From assembly GCA_964416545.1 (NCBI GenBank), contig CAYQEN010000003.1:19166-83165 (forward strand): a stretch of DNA of 64,000 bases. The letters run 5' to 3'. Positions 1 through 9,311 of this stretch are shown in pieces (positions within the stretch are counted from its first letter, which is position 1; the number at the start of each line of letters is the position of its first letter). The notes under the pieces were generated by a model. The model was not told the DNA's origin, searched no databases, and saw only the letters and a list, made by a program, of their open reading frames with translations. The stretch comes from an uncultured Bacteroides sp. Its GTDB lineage: Bacteria > Bacteroidota > Bacteroidia > Bacteroidales > Muribaculaceae. Position numbers and translations under genes: made by a program.

Positions 1-2
1 AA

Positions 3-296
3 ATGCCCCCTGACGAGCTCCTCAGACGCCTCCAAGACATCGAGCGGAGCATCTCTACCATTCCGCACCGCGACGCCACAGGAGCCTACGTCGACCGCGC
101 AATCGACATCGACCTCATTGCCATCGACTCGCTTATCTACGACTCCCCCTCACTCTCCCTGCCGCATCCGCGAATGCACCTGCGACCATTCGTCCTACTC
201 CCGATGCTCGAACTCGCTCCCCGATGGAGCCACCCGATTCTTCACCTCACCCCATCCCTGCTCCTCCAAAAGCTCAACAACCCAAACATCTCATAA
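3..296 (+). CDS. folK: 2-amino-4-hydroxy-6-hydroxymethyldihydropteridine pyrophosphokinase (HPPK), C-terminal part; true 5' end probably outside the window
   Basis: The translation carries the HPPK C-terminal signature (IDIDLIAID ... LSLPHPRMHLRPFVLLPMLELAP). The TAA stop overlaps the fmt ATG (TAATG). Confidence 0.8.
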   Translation: MPPDELLRRLQDIERSISTIPHRDATGAYVDRAIDIDLIAIDSLIYDSPSLSLPHPRMHLRPFVLLPMLELAPRWSHPILHLTPSLLLQKLNNPNIS

Positions 297-1261
297 TGAA
301 CAAAGAAGACCTCAAAATAGTATTCCTCGGCACCCCCGAATTTGCCGTCGAAAGTCTCGACCGCATGGTCACCGAAGGCTACAACATCGTCGGTGTCGTA
401 ACAATGCCCGACAAAGCCGCCGGACGCGGCAAGCACCTCCAGCAGTCTGCCGTCAAGCAATACGCTGTCGCTCACGGGCTTAAAGTTCTGCAACCCGTCA
501 ACCTCAAAGACCCCGAATTTGTCGACGAACTGCGAGCCCTCCAAGCCGACCTATTCGTCGTCATCGCATTCCGAATGCTCCCCGAAATAGTTTGGAACAT
601 GCCGCCGCTCGGCACGTTCAACCTCCACGCATCCCTACTCCCGCGCTACCGAGGAGCAGCACCCATCAACCGTGCCGTAATGAACGGCGACACCGAAACC
701 GGCGTCACAACATTCTTCCTCAAACACGAAATCGACACTGGCGACATCATCGCCCAAGAGCGCATCTCCATCGGTCCCGACGAAGACGCCGGTAGCGTCC
801 ACGACCGACTAATGACTCTCGGAGCAACACTCACCGTCGACACCATTGCCCACATCATCAAAGGCGACCTTACCCCCATTCCGCAAGACCGCCTCATCAA
901 AGACGAAGCGCCACTACCCGCACCAAAGATATTCAAAGACACCTGTCGCATCGACTGGACTCGACCCGCAGCCGAAATCCACAACCACATTCGCGGACTC
1001 GCACCCTACCCCGGAGCTTGGAGCGAACTCAAAGACAATCTCGGCAACTCGCAAGGCGTTTTCAAAATATTCGCCACACTACCCCTCGACACACCCTCTT
1101 CTGCCGCTCCAGGCACCCTCACCATCGATGGAAAACGCCTCATCGCCCACACAGGCGACCGTCAGATTCAGCTGCTCAGCGTACAGACACAAGGCAAAAA
1201 ACGAATGGCCGCCGACGACTTCCTTCGAGGTTGTCGACTCGAAGCCATGACTTTAGAATGA
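296..1261 (+). CDS. fmt: methionyl-tRNA formyltransferase
   Basis: N-terminus KIVFLGTPEFAV, HASLLPRYRGAAPINRAVMNGDTETGVT motif, about 320 aa. I chose the ATG at 296 (MNKEDLKIVF) rather than the upstream ORF start at 224, which overlaps folK. Confidence 0.95.
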   Translation: MNKEDLKIVFLGTPEFAVESLDRMVTEGYNIVGVVTMPDKAAGRGKHLQQSAVKQYAVAHGLKVLQPVNLKDPEFVDELRALQADLFVVIAFRMLPEIVWNMPPLGTFNLHASLLPRYRGAAPINRAVMNGDTETGVTTFFLKHEIDTGDIIAQERISIGPDEDAGSVHDRLMTLGATLTVDTIAHIIKGDLTPIPQDRLIKDEAPLPAPKIFKDTCRIDWTRPAAEIHNHIRGLAPYPGAWSELKDNLGNSQGVFKIFATLPLDTPSSAAPGTLTIDGKRLIAHTGDRQIQLLSVQTQGKKRMAADDFLRGCRLEAMTLE

Positions 1262-2671
1262 AAACTGGCACATAGCCCCAACACGGCGAGCACCTCGGTG
1301 TTCGCCGTTCATATTTTTACGCTCTCCAAGATTCAGCTCCGCACCAACCTGCACTCGCGGCGTCAAATTCCAAAAAACATTCGCCGCAAAATACCGACCC
1401 CACCGATACGTCGACCCTCCCACGTCATACCGAGGCAAATAACGAGCCTCCGAATACACCAACGTCGCAAACACCGACGGCGTGAAATTATACTGCAAAG
1501 CCGCATTCCACCCCAGCAGCTCAGGCGCATACATCCGGCCCGCCGCCCCGGGCACACACACAAGATCATAACACCCAAGCTGAAAATCGCCCATCATACT
1601 CCCAATACCGCGACCACCCGTCAGCGTTCCATACACCGTCCACGCCGACCACGGATGAGCCGTCACACTCAACTGCGCGCCCCAACCTACCACAGTATTC
1701 AAACGCCCACACGTCAAATCCCTATACGGAAGCCACCTCAAAATACCCGACAGCCTCACATGCTCCGACCGCCCCCAGCCATACTGCACAAAGCCCCCGA
1801 CATCCGGAAGCCACCCATCAGCCTTCCCCACCGCCGAAGCACCATCCGCCGCCCTACCCGAAGCAGCCGCAATCCCGCTTCCGGACGAACTCTCAGTCCC
1901 TCCAGATGCATCCGCCGCCTCTCCCGTCAAATCGGCTGTCCCTCCCGATGCTTCCGCTGTCCCTCCCGTCAAATCGACCGCAACACTCGGAGTTTCAGCG
2001 CTTAAAGCCATTCTCCACCCCCTCCCCCCATCAAACTGCCTCCGAACCAGCACCGACGTCGGCGCAACCTTATTATTCGGACCCGACGCATCCACCGTCG
2101 GCGGAACAGCCATAGGGTCACTCAGCGTACTATTCGCATACCCGATAGTCCACTCACCTACAGCCACATACGCCTTCTTCAGATGAAAATCTCTCCCCCC
2201 ATACCCATCAAAATTAGCCTCAACATACAGCTGATAATCGCCAAGATAACCACTCCTACCTATTACACGAAAAAACAACGCCGTACCCGAAGGCGTCGTA
2301 CCAAGCCTACGCCCCCTATCGCCGTCAATATCAATCGCATACGGCGAAAAACCATTTATCGGCACCACACCGCCCCACTCATACCATCCACGCATCCTCA
2401 CACAGCCACCCACACCCATAGCCAACTGCGCATCCCTACTGATAAACATAAAATACGGCGACGCCGGATCCTGCGAATGCCTAAACTGGTCATAATAAAA
2501 CCTATCCATCACCCTACGCAGCGAATCCGCCTCTCCATCCACCGCACGTCCATCCACAAACACAAACACACCACACGCCGCAAGCGAATCCAACTGCCTG
2601 TCCGCCAAACTCTGAGCCGACGCCGACCAAACAGCCGCCACCAGACACCAAACCAACGCAACCGTCCTCAT
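1253..2671 (-). CDS. predicted outer-membrane beta-barrel porin (possibly DcaP-like) with a low-complexity loop insert
   Basis: Signal peptide MRTVALVWCLVAAVWSASAQS from the ATG at 2671. The sequence has alternating beta-strand-like character and a C-terminal ...MCQFSF aromatic terminus typical of OMPs. The family assignment is from memory only. Confidence 0.6.
   Translation of the reverse strand: MRTVALVWCLVAAVWSASAQSLADRQLDSLAACGVFVFVDGRAVDGEADSLRRVMDRFYYDQFRHSQDPASPYFMFISRDAQLAMGVGGCVRMRGWYEWGGVVPINGFSPYAIDIDGDRGRRLGTTPSGTALFFRVIGRSGYLGDYQLYVEANFDGYGGRDFHLKKAYVAVGEWTIGYANSTLSDPMAVPPTVDASGPNNKVAPTSVLVRRQFDGGRGWRMALSAETPSVAVDLTGGTAEASGGTADLTGEAADASGGTESSSGSGIAAASGRAADGASAVGKADGWLPDVGGFVQYGWGRSEHVRLSGILRWLPYRDLTCGRLNTVVGWGAQLSVTAHPWSAWTVYGTLTGGRGIGSMMGDFQLGCYDLVCVPGAAGRMYAPELLGWNAALQYNFTPSVFATLVYSEARYLPRYDVGGSTYRWGRYFAANVFWNLTPRVQVGAELNLGERKNMNGEHRGARRVGAMCQFSF
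1896..1979 (-). repeat. imperfect in-frame tandem repeat, 2 x 42 nt (14-aa units DLTGxxAxASGGTx), inside the porin gene
   Basis: Units 1896-1937 and 1938-1979 match at 35/42 positions by manual alignment. Confidence 0.8.
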
Positions 2672-2944
2672 AAACCAAACAACATATCTATAAACAAAAA
2701 AACGAAGCCACCACCGGCCACACCAACACAACACCCACCCCCCTCCAAAAGTTCCCTTCAACACCAACAATCACCTCCCACATAGAACACCCCCTCAACT
2801 ACACCCTAAAGGGTATAAACCATTATCACAAACCGCAAATTACACCCTTTAGGTTATATTATCCGCGCACCACAATCGCCCAACAACCCTCACAACACCC
2901 ACCGAATACAACAAATTGCACCTCTGACCCCATCCCCCAACAAC

Positions 2945-2978
2945 AAAAAAGCAGCCTCAGAATCTATTCTGAGGCTGC
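2945..2978 (-). terminator. rho-independent terminator downstream of tRNA-Ser (looks bidirectional)
   Basis: A stem of about 12-13 bp, gcagcctcagaat/attctgaggctgc, is flanked by A6 (T6 on the minus strand) and TTTT on the plus strand. Confidence 0.6.
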
Positions 2979-2986
2979 TTTTGTTG

Positions 2987-3073
2987 CGGAAAGACAGGGA
3001 TTCGAACCCTGGGTGCCCGTAAGGACACAACGGTTTTCGAGACCGTCCCGATCGACCACTCCGGCATCTTTCC
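2987..3073 (-). tRNA. tRNA-Ser (anticodon CGA), long variable arm
   Basis: The reverse complement GGAAAGATGCCGGAGTGG...ACGGT-CTCGAAA-ACCGT...GGTTCGAATCCCTGTCTTTCCG folds manually. It has a 7-bp acceptor stem, the anticodon loop CU-CGA-AA, the T-loop GGTTCGAATCC and a long extra arm. Confidence 0.9.
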
Positions 3074-3089
3074 AGTGGTTTTGCGGATG

Positions 3090-3097
3090 CAAATGTA
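3090..3097 (-). promoter_or_regulatory. Bacteroides-type -7 box (TACATTTG) for tRNA-Ser
   Basis: This is a perfect TAnnTTTG match about 17 nt upstream of the tRNA 5' end. A TTTG lies 19 nt further upstream, where a -33 element would sit. Confidence 0.45.
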
Positions 3098-3142
3098 CAA
3101 AAGTTTTTCGTAGCAGCAAAGCGACACCCAACTTTTTTCGCC

Positions 3143-6100
3143 TCACCCCACGGCTATTCGCTTCGCTTTCGACCGCGACTCAGCTCCGTTGCAGTTCAGC
3201 GTTGCGCGATATATGTAAATTCCGCGAGGCACACGACGTCCGCTCACATCGGTCAGATTCCACACTATCGGCGCTGTCACTCCCGCGTCGCTATGTTCTG
3301 TCACCGAACGGCTCCACACCCTGCGACCCATCATATCAAACACTTCTATCGTCACCGTCAGCAAGGCATCCGGGCGATCATGACGCAGATAAAATCGTGC
3401 CTGCTCCGTTGCCGGGCTGCAATCGGTCAGCACATCGAAAAGATCCGGTCTAAGACCCGGCACTACCGTAAATGCCAACGTCTGCTGTGCCGAATTGCCC
3501 GACGTATCCCATACCCTCAGCGTCAGTTCATGCGCGCCCTCATCGAGCGTCCCGAGCGGATAAGCGATTGTTCCTCCGGGAGTTCCCGTAGCCATCGGCG
3601 TATAATACATCGTCACATCGTCGCGTGAAATCCTACCATCCACCCTCACCGTCATCCGGTGACCGATACCGGCCATCGACAAATTGATTCCGACATCATC
3701 GCTCACACGCGCCAACAGCACAGGCGACTCATTCACCGCCGCACCCGACACGAATCCCTCATGATTTATCACCGCATACTCTATCGTCGGAGCCACCGTA
3801 TCGGCTTCGGCCGTATCATCATAGCCATACACATAGAAGTCGCGATTCACACCGATAGCCTCCGCGCCCGACTCTCGGTCTACGGCATAAAACTGCACCG
3901 CTGCCGGACGAAAATTGTCGGCTATCTCCTGCGGCATAGCCACCCTCGTTTTAAAGTCGCCACCGGTCACCGTATCGCGCCCCTGATATAGCATGGCGCC
4001 ATCTTCGTCATACACATAATTTTCCGTCAGCGTCATTCGGCTTGTTTCGGCATCATACAGCGTCAGCGTCACATCTCCGACAAATTCCATATCCTTATCA
4101 CCCGATGCCTTCGCCACAAGCCCTGCCATCTCCACATCGGCATGAGCTTTCACCTCTATCTGACGGTCGGCGGCCACCGTATCACCATCTATCGTCGTCA
4201 GCTCCACCGTGCGCATCGGCACATCGAGCCTCATAGCAGGATCTCCGAGCAGACTATACAGCAGTTTGTTCGCATCTGCCGACCGTCCTGGCTCTGCGAG
4301 GCTGTTCTTAGCCCTCATCACAGCCTCTCCTATCGTCGGCACTCGCCCTTCGGCATCTGTCATAAACACCTCACGCGCCACAGCATCCGACAGATAGCCG
4401 TTATTTGTTATATATGCCTTGCGTGTCGATGCAAATGCTCCGATTGCCCCACGGCGATTCAAAGCAAGCATCTCCGCTCCCGACATCGTCGCGCCGTCCC
4501 ACGCCATATACTCACACGTAAACCCGGCAAACATCGGATACCTTCGCAGATTCAACCCCACCAAGTCGCTATACAAAAGCACGCTCGTTCCCGACAACGA
4601 TGTCGGCGTACTATGTCCGTTATACTGCCACCACAACACGCCTTCTTCCAGACACTTAAACATTTTCGTGCGCCCCACCTCAGCCTTACCGCCGGTCAGC
4701 TTGAACGCATCAAGGTGTATTTTGTCATACATCAGATGCCGTCCCATGCCGTCCGAACGCATTGCGGCCACACTGCGCTCCACCTGCGCTATATGTGCCG
4801 CATCATTCCCTACATCACTCACCAGTAGCACATTACCCTTCCACATCCCGGCCATGCCCGACATATATTCCTCGAGCTTATCCACATAGTCGCGTGCCTC
4901 GGCAGCTGTGCGCACCGGTATGCGCCCTACGGCTATGCAATATCGGTCTGAAGCCATATCCTTTCCCGAGCCGTCAGCCAAAAATGCAAATATATCGTCA
5001 GTCGTATAGGTCGCCATATCGCGTAGCGACTCATCAGTCTGCCATGTCGGCATAAATTTCTGTCCTAAAGCCTTCATACTCGACGTCAGCACTCGATTGT
5101 CAAACGTCGCGCGACCCACAAACAGCGCATACTTCAGTTGTCCGCCACCTCGGTCATACAACATCTTCAGCATTCGCCTGAAAGCCCCCACATCAGGCAC
5201 TCCCGAGGCAAATTCGTTAAACACCTGCTCCTGCTCCACTACCGCCACAGTCATCGCATCAGCGCCGCTACGATGCAACGTCGCTATCCGTTCGGCCTGC
5301 TCGCGCCAGTCGGCTATGGTAAATATCACCATCTCCGGACTCTCCGACATTCCGTGAAGATTCTGATTCGCCACCTCTCCCACAAACGCAGGTTCCGGTA
5401 GCACCTGTCCGTCACGCCACGCCGTATAATGACGCTCACCCTCCGAAGCCCACGTCATCACTCCGTCAGAGTTTACCGATGCCCGTATTTCCGTAGGTGT
5501 CTGAATATTAGTCACATCCCACACTCGCGCTCGCGCCCCCTTTAGAGCGACTCCTTCTGCCGATGTTCTGAAATCTATAGCCCCGTCGTCGAGCGATATT
5601 TCGCGCTTGTAATTTATTGATATGGCGTCAAGATGCGCCGCTTTCGCCGACCCGCCGGCGCGGTAATCCACTGTCAGCGACAGCCTCCGTCCGTCCACAC
5701 TGAATGTCCTGTCGGCATTCACCGCCACTCCCTTATTATCGCCATACGTCGCAGCTATATACGTCGAGCCACCCTCAACATCTCTACCGTTGGCACTGAA
5801 ACTCAGCACCCCGGGTAGCGATGACACAGCCACAAACGAACACCGCATCCACACCGGCTCGTCGCCCACGGCTCCCGGAAGGTCGAAGTCAAATGTTCGG
5901 CGCGAATTAAACCTAAAATCCTCTCCAAATAGCGCATGTCCCGACTGCGACACACTCACGGCATCCACCTCATGCCACAATCGTTCCACAAAATCCTCAA
6001 CCGCTTCTCCGCGAGGTTCTTCACGTTCTTCCACAAGAACGGCCTCCCCCTCACGCTCCGTAAGAAAGTAATACCCGCAGTCGCTAAACGGATTATGTCG

Positions 6101-6466
6101 TCTTACGAAATGCCGCCCCGCCGGAGCCCAATCATCCGGGCCATCGGCATAGAAATACACGCCGCGACTATCTGCCGACACTGCCACTGCCGGCAGATCA
6201 TCCACATAATTCTCCACCGTCAGCACATCTGATATCCGCTTGCCACCATATCCGTACACGCCCACGCGCTCCGGATTGCTGAAGCCCCACTTACGCAGCG
6301 TCGACGCCGAGATAAAGTGCATTCCGCTTTCGCTCACCGCCACCTTCACCCAACGCCCGTCCGACAGCTCCGACCGCGTCGCATACGTCGACACGTCGAA
6401 TGCCACTGCCACATTAGCCACGCAGCAGAGCAGCACCACCGATATCAATCTTATGATTTTCATCAT
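3143..6466 (-). CDS. porU: type IX secretion system sortase PorU (C25-type peptidase domain)
   Basis: Signal peptide MMKIIRLISVVLLCCVANVAVA, N-terminal SELSDGRWVKVAV...GVYGYGG signature, a gingipain/C25-like core (IAVGRIPV, WWQYNGHS), about 1100 aa. The ORF could extend to 6496. Confidence 0.9.
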   Translation of the reverse strand: MMKIIRLISVVLLCCVANVAVAFDVSTYATRSELSDGRWVKVAVSESGMHFISASTLRKWGFSNPERVGVYGYGGKRISDVLTVENYVDDLPAVAVSADSRGVYFYADGPDDWAPAGRHFVRRHNPFSDCGYYFLTEREGEAVLVEEREEPRGEAVEDFVERLWHEVDAVSVSQSGHALFGEDFRFNSRRTFDFDLPGAVGDEPVWMRCSFVAVSSLPGVLSFSANGRDVEGGSTYIAATYGDNKGVAVNADRTFSVDGRRLSLTVDYRAGGSAKAAHLDAISINYKREISLDDGAIDFRTSAEGVALKGARARVWDVTNIQTPTEIRASVNSDGVMTWASEGERHYTAWRDGQVLPEPAFVGEVANQNLHGMSESPEMVIFTIADWREQAERIATLHRSGADAMTVAVVEQEQVFNEFASGVPDVGAFRRMLKMLYDRGGGQLKYALFVGRATFDNRVLTSSMKALGQKFMPTWQTDESLRDMATYTTDDIFAFLADGSGKDMASDRYCIAVGRIPVRTAAEARDYVDKLEEYMSGMAGMWKGNVLLVSDVGNDAAHIAQVERSVAAMRSDGMGRHLMYDKIHLDAFKLTGGKAEVGRTKMFKCLEEGVLWWQYNGHSTPTSLSGTSVLLYSDLVGLNLRRYPMFAGFTCEYMAWDGATMSGAEMLALNRRGAIGAFASTRKAYITNNGYLSDAVAREVFMTDAEGRVPTIGEAVMRAKNSLAEPGRSADANKLLYSLLGDPAMRLDVPMRTVELTTIDGDTVAADRQIEVKAHADVEMAGLVAKASGDKDMEFVGDVTLTLYDAETSRMTLTENYVYDEDGAMLYQGRDTVTGGDFKTRVAMPQEIADNFRPAAVQFYAVDRESGAEAIGVNRDFYVYGYDDTAEADTVAPTIEYAVINHEGFVSGAAVNESPVLLARVSDDVGINLSMAGIGHRMTVRVDGRISRDDVTMYYTPMATGTPGGTIAYPLGTLDEGAHELTLRVWDTSGNSAQQTLAFTVVPGLRPDLFDVLTDCSPATEQARFYLRHDRPDALLTVTIEVFDMMGRRVWSRSVTEHSDAGVTAPIVWNLTDVSGRRVPRGIYIYRATLNCNGAESRSKAKRIAVG

Positions 6467-6497
6467 CTGTATATTCTTAACGCACCGCCACACCATC

Positions 6498-7220
6498 TTA
6501 TTGTATCAGCGTCCTGTGCTCCTGGCACCAACGCGCCCAATCCTCGCGCGAACCATTAAACACATTCATGTCCACACGCCCCTTCACACCCTCCGCATAT
6601 CCACGATGCGTATATTGCCAGAATGTCCACGTCACATCCTTCTTGATTCGGCTAAACGAGCACAACCATATCGGATACTGTTCAAACCGTCCCTCGATGA
6701 AGCGGTCATACCCATCCTTGTTCGTATATAGCATCACCGGCACGCCCACACGTTCCAGATTCTCTATCAGCGAAGCCAGCGTTCTCACCACCTCCTCCGT
6801 AGTCCTGTCTGTCGGATTTGTCCACTCCTCCACGTCTATCACTGCCGGCATATCAAGCGTCTGACCGCGAAGCGAATGAACAAAATTCAGTGCCTGCATA
6901 TATCCCGTTGCATCGAAGCGAAAAAAATGATACGCCGCCACCTTCAGACCGGCCTTTCGGGCTCGCGAGATATTGCCGTAAAACCGCGGATCCTTAAATC
7001 CACTCCCCTCCGTAGCTTTGATAAACACAAACTCATAACCCTCAGCCTTAACCGCACGAAAATCCACATCGCCATTATGCGATGAGATATCGAGTCCTCG
7101 CACCGGATACTCCGCTTCATCGGGCACAACGCCCTCATGCGAATACAGCAACCTATATGCCGCATACACCGACACGAGCACCACTATAGCCGAAATTATG
7201 TATATCAACCGCCTGCGCAT
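6498..7220 (-). CDS. glycoside hydrolase family 25 muramidase (lysozyme) with an N-terminal membrane anchor
   Basis: GLDISSHNGDVDFRAVKAEGYEFVFIKATEG ... AAYHFF is the GH25 pattern. The N-terminal hydrophobic helix is LIYIISAIVVLVSVYAAY. Confidence 0.85.
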   Translation of the reverse strand: MRRRLIYIISAIVVLVSVYAAYRLLYSHEGVVPDEAEYPVRGLDISSHNGDVDFRAVKAEGYEFVFIKATEGSGFKDPRFYGNISRARKAGLKVAAYHFFRFDATGYMQALNFVHSLRGQTLDMPAVIDVEEWTNPTDRTTEEVVRTLASLIENLERVGVPVMLYTNKDGYDRFIEGRFEQYPIWLCSFSRIKKDVTWTFWQYTHRGYAEGVKGRVDMNVFNGSREDWARWCQEHRTLIQ

Positions 7221-7314
7221 ATCTCCGCAAATATACTGAAAATCTCATTAACTGCTTCCACCAATCGCACCACTACTCCGTTATCCTTACATACTTCGCC
7301 AAACTCACAACCTC

Positions 7315-7322
7315 CAAACGTA
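7315..7322 (-). promoter_or_regulatory. candidate -7 box (TACGTTTG) for the GH25-porU transcription unit
   Basis: This is the only perfect TAnnTTTG on the minus strand in the 7221-7454 gap, about 95 nt upstream of the GH25 ATG. Confidence 0.3.
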
Positions 7323-7402
7323 TTTAATCCCAAATTCAAACGTTAAAGCGACTATCCTAACGCATTTTCAAACGACTCGTTTGAGATATCCGACAAATTC
7401 CG

Positions 7403-7410
7403 TACATTTG
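7403..7410 (+). promoter_or_regulatory. candidate -7 box (TACATTTG) for dnaX
   Basis: A perfect TAnnTTTG lies 45 nt upstream of the ATG at 7455. A TTTG at 7380-7383 sits 19 nt upstream (-33-like). Confidence 0.45.
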
Positions 7411-7454
7411 TATTTGGAGATTTTCTCTTTTTCATAACCACGAATACCGGCCGA

Positions 7455-9272
7455 ATGGAACAATACATAGTCTCGGCACGCAAGTACCGTCCTGCCACGT
7501 TTGCCTCGGTGGTTGGTCAGAATGCACTGACAGCCACGCTGAAAAACGCCGTGGCTACCAACCGATTGGCTCACTCATACCTCTTCTGCGGTTCGCGAGG
7601 TGTGGGTAAGACATCTTGCGCGAGAATATTTGCCAAAACCATCAACTGTGAGCACCGCACTGCCGATGGCGAAGCGTGCAACGAATGCGAATCTTGCCGA
7701 GCTTTCAACGCTGGCACCTCTCTCAACATCATCGAGCTCGACGCCGCATCAAACAACGGTGTCGATGCCATGAAAGCCCTGATCGACCAAGTTCAGGTTC
7801 CGCCATCCAACGGTCGCTACCGCGTATTCATCGTCGATGAGGTTCACATGCTCACATCGGCAGCCTTCAACGCATTCCTGAAAACGCTCGAAGAGCCGCC
7901 TCACTATGTCGTCTTCATCCTCGCCACCACTGAAAAGCAAAAAATCATACCCACCATCCTGTCGCGTTGCCAAATCTACGATTTCCATCGCATTACTGTG
8001 GCCGACATGGTCGAGCACATGAAATACGTAGCCGATAGCGAAAACATCACCGCCGACCCGGCTGCCCTCAACGTGATTGCCCGCAAAGCCGATGGTGCAA
8101 TGCGCGACGCGCTCTCGATTTTCGACCAAGTGGCCGCATCTTCAGGAGGAAATATCACATACCAATCCGCGCTCGACAACCTCAACGTCCTCGACCAATC
8201 CTACTACAATCGCCTTATCGATGCTTTCCTGCAAGGCAAAGTATTCGACTCTTGGCTGATTTTCAAAGAGATTCGCGACCGCGGATTCGACTCGCTATTC
8301 TTCATCAACGGACTCGCCTCATATCTGCGCGACCTCGCAGTTGCAGCCGACCCTGCCACCGTCACGCTTATCGACGCTTCCGATGATGTTCGCGCCGAAA
8401 TGACTGCCACTGCTTCTAAATGCTCTCCGCAGTTCCTTCTCCGAGCTATGAATCTCTGCAACGAGGCCGACCTGAACTATCGCACATCATCCAACAAGCA
8501 GTTCCTCATTGAGCTCACGCTCGCTAAAATATGCCAACTACTCAGCCCCTCCCCCAGTAACACCGGCGACGGAGAGGGGCGGTTGCAACCAATAGCCGCC
8601 GGAAATCAACCTACACCTTCGGCCGATGCCCGACCTGTCGCTACGCCAAAACCGGCGCAGACGGCTCCGGTGCAACGTCCTGCTGCACCGGTCGCTCCAA
8701 ATGTACGCACCACACCGGCTCCCGCCGTTCAGCGACCCGCAGCCCCGACGACAGCGGCTCCAATGCCGCCTCGACCCGGCTCGGCCAAAATCCTCAACAC
8801 CCCGGGCATATCTATTCACGCCCCGATTAAGAAGGCTGCCGACCGACAAGCGGAAACTACCGTTCAACAGCAATCTTCAGCCGACTCTGTAGCAGCCGAC
8901 AACACCCCCATCAGCGCCGACGCCCTCAAGCATGCTTGGGAAGCATACATCGACGCTCATCCCAAAGCCCACATCCTCATCAACACCATGCGCTCGTCAT
9001 GCCCCGTGGCAAACGACCCTCAGCGTCCGTGGGCGCTCGGTGTGACTGTCGAAAACGACATCCAGCGACACGAAATGGAGAACGCAATGCACGAACTTCT
9101 CACCCACCTGCGCTCTTCGCTCTCCAACAGCCTTATCACCATCGACATCGCCATCAATCAAGGCGCACCTCCGCGCCACACGCTCAACGACCGCGAACTG
9201 CTTGCCAACATCGTCGAGCGCTACCCGGGCGTAAAAAGGTTTGTCGACGGTTTCCGACTGAAACTTTCTTAG
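7455..9272 (+). CDS. dnaX: DNA polymerase III subunit gamma/tau
   Basis: ARKYRP...VVGQ, Walker A GSRGVGKTS, a zinc-module CxxCxxC, FIVDEVHMLT, and a Pro/Ala-rich linker. Confidence 0.95.
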   Translation: MEQYIVSARKYRPATFASVVGQNALTATLKNAVATNRLAHSYLFCGSRGVGKTSCARIFAKTINCEHRTADGEACNECESCRAFNAGTSLNIIELDAASNNGVDAMKALIDQVQVPPSNGRYRVFIVDEVHMLTSAAFNAFLKTLEEPPHYVVFILATTEKQKIIPTILSRCQIYDFHRITVADMVEHMKYVADSENITADPAALNVIARKADGAMRDALSIFDQVAASSGGNITYQSALDNLNVLDQSYYNRLIDAFLQGKVFDSWLIFKEIRDRGFDSLFFINGLASYLRDLAVAADPATVTLIDASDDVRAEMTATASKCSPQFLLRAMNLCNEADLNYRTSSNKQFLIELTLAKICQLLSPSPSNTGDGEGRLQPIAAGNQPTPSADARPVATPKPAQTAPVQRPAAPVAPNVRTTPAPAVQRPAAPTTAAPMPPRPGSAKILNTPGISIHAPIKKAADRQAETTVQQQSSADSVAADNTPISADALKHAWEAYIDAHPKAHILINTMRSSCPVANDPQRPWALGVTVENDIQRHEMENAMHELLTHLRSSLSNSLITIDIAINQGAPPRHTLNDRELLANIVERYPGVKRFVDGFRLKLS

Positions 9273-9311
9273 TATTTTTACCAATACGCAAAATACATCA
9301 TCCTCTCTATT

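Noticed and set aside
7221-7454. A possible SRP (4.5S/ffs) RNA upstream of dnaX, because ffs precedes dnaX in some bacteria. The minus strand contains GGTGGAAGCAG.
   Set aside because: I could not fold a GNRA-capped domain IV helix or the symmetric/asymmetric loop pattern around that match. The region is better explained as two divergent promoters and the 5' UTRs.
7455-9272. A programmed -1 frameshift site in dnaX (A AAA AAG type, producing the gamma subunit).
   Set aside because: I saw no A AAA AAG heptamer followed by a stable hairpin in the gene. The only A-run (gcaaaaaatc, about 7938-7947) is in the N-terminal ATPase region, where a frameshift would be non-functional.
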